From: a bacterium
GTDB taxonomy: Bacteria; Vulcanimicrobiota; Vulcanimicrobiia; Vulcanimicrobiales; SCRA01
NCBI GenBank assembly: GCA_004297985.1
Contig: SCRA01000027.1
Location: forward strand, 360-64,359
DNA length: 64,000 nt
Direction: 5' to 3'
Shown here: positions 59,480-64,000 of the stretch, one piece after another
How the letters are laid out: each line of letters begins with the position of its first letter
Numbering within the stretch: position 1 is the stretch's first letter
Made by a program: the position numbers and the translations under genes
Notes under the pieces: generated by a model
What the model was told of the DNA's origin: nothing
Databases searched by the model: none
Seen by the model: only the letters and a program-made list of their open reading frames with translations

Positions 59480-60407
59480 GAGGGCGCGCGCTGATCGCGT
59501 TCATCATCGTGGTAACGATCCTTGCGCTGGTGCCGCCGTTCCTGAACGGCTACGCGCGCTCGTTGCTCTACATCACCGTCCTCTACGTCGCGCTAGCCTA
59601 CGCGTGGAACGTCATCTCCGGCTACGCGGGCTACCTGTCGTTCGGCCAGGTCACCTTCTTTGGCTTGGGCGCCTATACGACCGCAATCTCGGTCGTCCGT
59701 GGGCATCTGCCGTGGTGGGAGGGGGCGCTGCTAGGCGGCTTGATCTCCGCGGCGCTGGCCGTTCCGCTGGGCTACCTGATGTTGCGGCTGCGCGGCGCGT
59801 TCTTTGCTCTGGGCATGCTGGGCCTGGCACAGACGCTCCAAGTCGTCGCCAACTCCTGGCAACTGACGGGCGGCGGTGCGGGACTCTTTCTCCCGCCAGG
59901 ATCGAATGCGCTTCCCGTCTACTACTGGACGCTGGTCATCGGGCTACTCACCTTCGCCGCTACGCTTTTCATCGATCGGAGCGCGTTCGGGCTTCGCCTC
60001 CAAGCCCTGCGCGAGGACGAGCAGGTGGCCTCGACGCTCGGCGTCCACGTCACCACGACGAAGGTCTGGGCCTTCGTCATCAGCGCGATCGTGCCGGGAC
60101 TGCTCGGCGGCGGCTACGCCTGGTATCTGACCTACGTGGAGCCGGTCTCGGCCTTCGCCACGCGCTTCGATCTCCAAGCCGTGGCGATGACGATCCTCGG
60201 CGGCATCGGCACGGTCTGGGGGCCGCTCATCGGCGGGGTGCTGATGTCGCAGGTCTCCGAGATGCTCGCCGCCCAGTACCCCCAAGCCTACCTGATGAGC
60301 TTCGGCGGTCTGGTGGTGGTCTTGCTGGTCTTCCTCCCGCGCGGTATCGCCCCGGCGGTCAGCGCGGCGCTCGCGCGGCGCCGCGCGCGCGGGGCGCAGG
60401 GTCATCA

Positions 60408-60411
<4 letters not shown>
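59476..60411 (+). CDS. HAAT ABC transporter permease (LivM-like)
   Basis: WNVISGYAGYLSFG..FFGLGAY, RLRGAFF, ALREDE, GGIGTVWGP. Confidence 0.92.
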
Positions 60412-61168
<757 letters not shown>

Positions 61169-61172
<4 letters not shown>

Positions 61173-61882
61173 GCATGCTGAGCGTTCGCGACCTCAACGT
61201 CTCCTACGGGGACTTCAAAGCCCTTCACGGCGTGAGCTTGGAGGTCGACGAGGGAGAGACCGTCGTCATCGTCGGCGCCAACGGCGCCGGCAAGACCACG
61301 ACGATGAAGAGCATTGCGGGCATTCTTCACGTGCGCAGCGGGGAGATCCAGCTCTGCGGCGAGCGTATCGAGCGCAAAAGCCCGCGAGAGATCGTGGAGC
61401 GCGGACTGGTCCTGGTCCCCGAGGGACGCCATCTCTTCGCCGAGATGACCGTCCAGGAGAACCTGCTGGTCGGTGGGCAAGCGGTACGCTCCCGCCGCAA
61501 CCTGCGCGCCAATACCGCGGCGATGGAGGAACGCTTCCCCATTCTCGGCCAGCGCCGCAGTCAGGCCGCCGGAACGCTCTCCGGCGGCGAGCAGCAGATG
61601 TTAGCGGTCGCCCGCGCGCTGATGTCCGAACCGCGCATCATCTTGATGGACGAGCCCTCGATCGGCCTTTCGCCGTTGTTGACGGCACGCATCTTCGCCA
61701 TGGTACGGGAGATCAACGGGATGGGCATTACCGTCGTTCTGGTAGAGCAGAACGTGGTGCAATCGCTCGAGCTGGCGACTCGCGCCTACGTGATCGCCGA
61801 GGGGCGTGTGGTCTTACAGGGCGGCGCAGCCGAAATCCGCGGCCACGCCGACGTCAAACGCGCATATTTGGGAGAAGTATGA
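61169..61882 (+). CDS. HAAT ABC transporter ATPase (LivF-like)
   Basis: GANGAGKTT, VPEGR, LSGGEQQMLA, DEPSIGLSP. Confidence 0.93.
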
Positions 61883-62982
61883 AGACATCGCCGACCACGA
61901 CAGAGCTACGCCCAGGCGAGGACCTCGTGGAGACCTACTTCGATCAGCCCTGGTCCGACGGGCTCCCCGTCGTCCCGCCGACGCCCGAGAAGGTGGCGGC
62001 GATGGTGGCGTCCCTCGGGAACGAGGGCGCCCACCTCGAGTGCCGCGTTCCGCCGCGCTACGGCAACCTCACGCGCGAGGTGCTGGCGGTCAATCTCGTG
62101 ATGGCGGGATGTAAACCGGAATACGCCCCGGTGGTTCGCGCGGCGCTGCTCGCCCTCTGCGATGCGCACTTCAACCTCAACGGCGTCCAGGCAACCACGC
62201 ACATGGCGGCACCGCTCCTGGTGGTCAACGGTCCGGTCAGACACGAGATCGGGATGAATGCCGGCTGCAACGTCTTCGGCTCCGGGAACCGCGCCAACGC
62301 CACGATCGGACGCGCGATCCGGCTGGTCTTGCTCACCGTGGGCGGCGCGAAACCGGGTGACCTCGACAAGAGTACGTTGGGCCACCCGGGCAAGTACACC
62401 TACTGCATCGCCGAGAATGAAGAGGCGAGCCCCTGGGCACCCTACCACGTCGATCGCGGCTACGCGCCGGAGCAGAGCACGGTCTTCGTGATCGCCGCCG
62501 AGCCGCCGCATAGCGTCACCAACCACGTCGCCAACGACCCGCAGGGCATCCTCGACAGCATCGTCTCGGCGATGAGCACCTTCGCACATAACAACTCGGT
62601 TTCGGGCGGCTCATGCGCCGTGGTCATCGGCCCCGAGCACGCCGCCACGATCGCGCAGCACGGTTGGACTCGCAACGACGTACGCAACTACCTGTGGATG
62701 AACACCACCAATACCTTCGACCAGATCAGCTTCGGTCACCGCTACGGGAAGATCTACAACCGCAACCTACCGCGCTGGTACAAGCGCGAAGACGGGGCGC
62801 GCATTCCCATCGTAGCCTCACCTGACGACATCCATCTCTTTGTCGCCGGCGGCGAGGCGGGCCGCTTCTCCGCCTTCATCCCAGGCTGGGGGCACATGAC
62901 CAGCCCAGTCCTGCGCGCGATCGATGGAGAGGCGCCCATGGCGGGAGGACCGCTCTGCGTCGATGGAACCTGCCGCCTGTGA
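61879..62982 (+). CDS. Uncharacterised UGSC-associated protein (WSDGLPVVPPT type) with C-terminal CVDGTC
   Basis: WSDGLPVVPPT, AVNLVMAGCKPEY, GNRANATIGRA, ENEE.SPW; ATGA overlap with the ATPase gene; directly upstream of the UGSC gene. Confidence 0.8.
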   Translation: MKTSPTTTELRPGEDLVETYFDQPWSDGLPVVPPTPEKVAAMVASLGNEGAHLECRVPPRYGNLTREVLAVNLVMAGCKPEYAPVVRAALLALCDAHFNLNGVQATTHMAAPLLVVNGPVRHEIGMNAGCNVFGSGNRANATIGRAIRLVLLTVGGAKPGDLDKSTLGHPGKYTYCIAENEEASPWAPYHVDRGYAPEQSTVFVIAAEPPHSVTNHVANDPQGILDSIVSAMSTFAHNNSVSGGSCAVVIGPEHAATIAQHGWTRNDVRNYLWMNTTNTFDQISFGHRYGKIYNRNLPRWYKREDGARIPIVASPDDIHLFVAGGEAGRFSAFIPGWGHMTSPVLRAIDGEAPMAGGPLCVDGTCRL

Positions 62983-63013
62983 GCGAGAGCAGACACCTGA
63001 AGGAGAAAGCACG

Positions 63014-63529
63014 ATGATCTACGATCCGACCGGCGTCGTCGAGGCCCAGCCCAAACCGCTCGCCCCACGCCTAGCTAACCTGCGCGGTCTACGCCTAGGC
63101 GTCCTCGACAACACCAAGTGGAACGGCAACAAGCTGCTGCGAGCCATCGTCGCTCTGCTGCAACGCGACGACGGCATCGGCGAAGTCCGCTACTACAAGA
63201 AGGAGAGCTTCTCGAAGTCGGCCGACCCGGCGCTGATCGCAAGCATCGCCGCCGAGAACCAGGCGGTGCTCACCGCGATCGGCGATTGAGGCTCGTGCAC
63301 GTCGTGCTGTATGCACGACGCCATCTCGCTCGAGGAGCTCGGTATCCCTAGCGCCGTCGTCGTGACGGAGGTCTTCCTCCACGAGGCCCAAGTGCAGCGC
63401 GCGGCGCTGGGCATGGAGAGCCTCGACCCCGTAGTGATCGCCCATCCCTTGAGCACGCTGACCGAGGCGCAGATCGAGGAGCGCGCACGCGAAGCGGTCG
63501 CCCAAGCGCGCCAACGCTGGTTGGGTTGA
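63014..63529 (+). CDS. UGSC-family selenoprotein (171 aa, Sec92 encoded by TGA 63287-63289)
   Basis: The two ORF-track fragments 62924-63289 and 63311-63529 are in one frame joined by a single TGA, giving AIGD-U-GSCTSCC; AAGGAG RBS before ATG 63014; SECIS-like hairpin follows. Confidence 0.88.
63290..63320 (+). promoter_or_regulatory. Bacterial SECIS-like element
   Basis: Perfect 8-bp stem CGTCGTGC/GCACGACG with loop TGTAT; loop starts 18 nt after the UGA and has G at position 2 followed by U. Confidence 0.75.
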
Positions 63530-63554
63530 ACCGAGGAAGGAGCACCGTCCGGAT

Positions 63555-64000
63555 ATGTTGAGTCCTGATCGCAGCGAGTTCGAGCGAGAGATCGTCGACG
63601 AGGTTCGCCGCTTCGTTGATCGTGAGATCCGGCCCGTCGCCCACGCGATGGAGCAGAGCGATACCTTCCCGGCCGCACTCGTCGAGCGAATGAAAGAGCT
63701 GGGGCTCTTCGGGGCGACGATTCCCGAGGAGTACGGCGGCGTCGGCCTGAGCGTCGTCTCGTACGCCTCCATCATCGAGCAGATAGCCCACGCATGGATG
63801 AGCGTCAGCGGCATCCTCAACAGCCACCTCATCATGTGCTACGACATCTTCCGCGGCGGGACGGAGGAGCAGCGCGCCCGCTGGCTGCCGCTGATGGCGA
63901 CGGGCGAGCGCCGCGGGGGCATCGCGCTCAGCGAGCCCGGCGCGGGGACCGATCTTCAGGCGATACGCACCACGGCGACGCGCGACGGCGACTGGTACGT
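63555..64000 (+). CDS. Acyl-CoA dehydrogenase (partial, runs off window end)
   Basis: Hand translation MLSPDRSEFEREIVDEVRRFVDREIRP...ELGLFGATIPEEYGG...GTEEQRARWLP...ALSEPGAGTDL. Confidence 0.92.
   Translation, partial: MLSPDRSEFEREIVDEVRRFVDREIRPVAHAMEQSDTFPAALVERMKELGLFGATIPEEYGGVGLSVVSYASIIEQIAHAWMSVSGILNSHLIMCYDIFRGGTEEQRARWLPLMATGERRGGIALSEPGAGTDLQAIRTTATRDGDWY

Noticed and set aside
63287..63289. Nonsense mutation (pseudogene) reading of the in-frame TGA
   Set aside because: It falls exactly at the first position of the xGSC redox motif and is followed by a SECIS-like hairpin, so Sec recoding is more parsimonious

Overview
A high-GC bacterial chromosomal window with Firmicutes-like (Terrabacteria) gene order; a Ca. 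Eremiobacterota/Vulcanimicrobiota-like origin is plausible but is only an inference. 1-22 kb: housekeeping genes (rlmB, cysS, cysE, gltX, ispF, ispD, PIN/TRAM protein, hemW, degV, plsX, fakA, rpmB, thiL, rpe, PASTA-only protein, yebC, a double GT-C glycosyltransferase, prenyl synthase, plsC, cmk, radA, ftcD). 24-36 kb: bdhA and dapD converge on a nested inverted-repeat region, followed by a pentose-phosphate operon (tkt, tal-pgi, gnd, zwf, opcA, pgl). 36-51 kb: TetR-EmrAB efflux, a histidine-utilisation operon (hutH-U-I, a HutF-like amidohydrolase, a cytoplasmic beta-lactamase-fold hydrolase) and a divergent Liv-type ABC importer. 53-64 kb: an apparently undescribed catabolic cluster that runs off the window edge. 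It combines a split B12-dependent acyl-CoA mutase with an atypical pocket, a crotonase resembling alkylmalonyl-CoA decarboxylases, GntR, a second Liv-type ABC importer, a UGSC-type selenoprotein (in-frame TGA plus SECIS-like hairpin) with a partner protein, and an acyl-CoA dehydrogenase. A second highlight is a Cys-rich 17-aa leader peptide with a matching RNA switch upstream of cysE-cysS, where Bacillus has a T-box. I saw no rRNA, tRNA, CRISPR array or intact transposase. Product calls come from motif recognition only; no database search was run.
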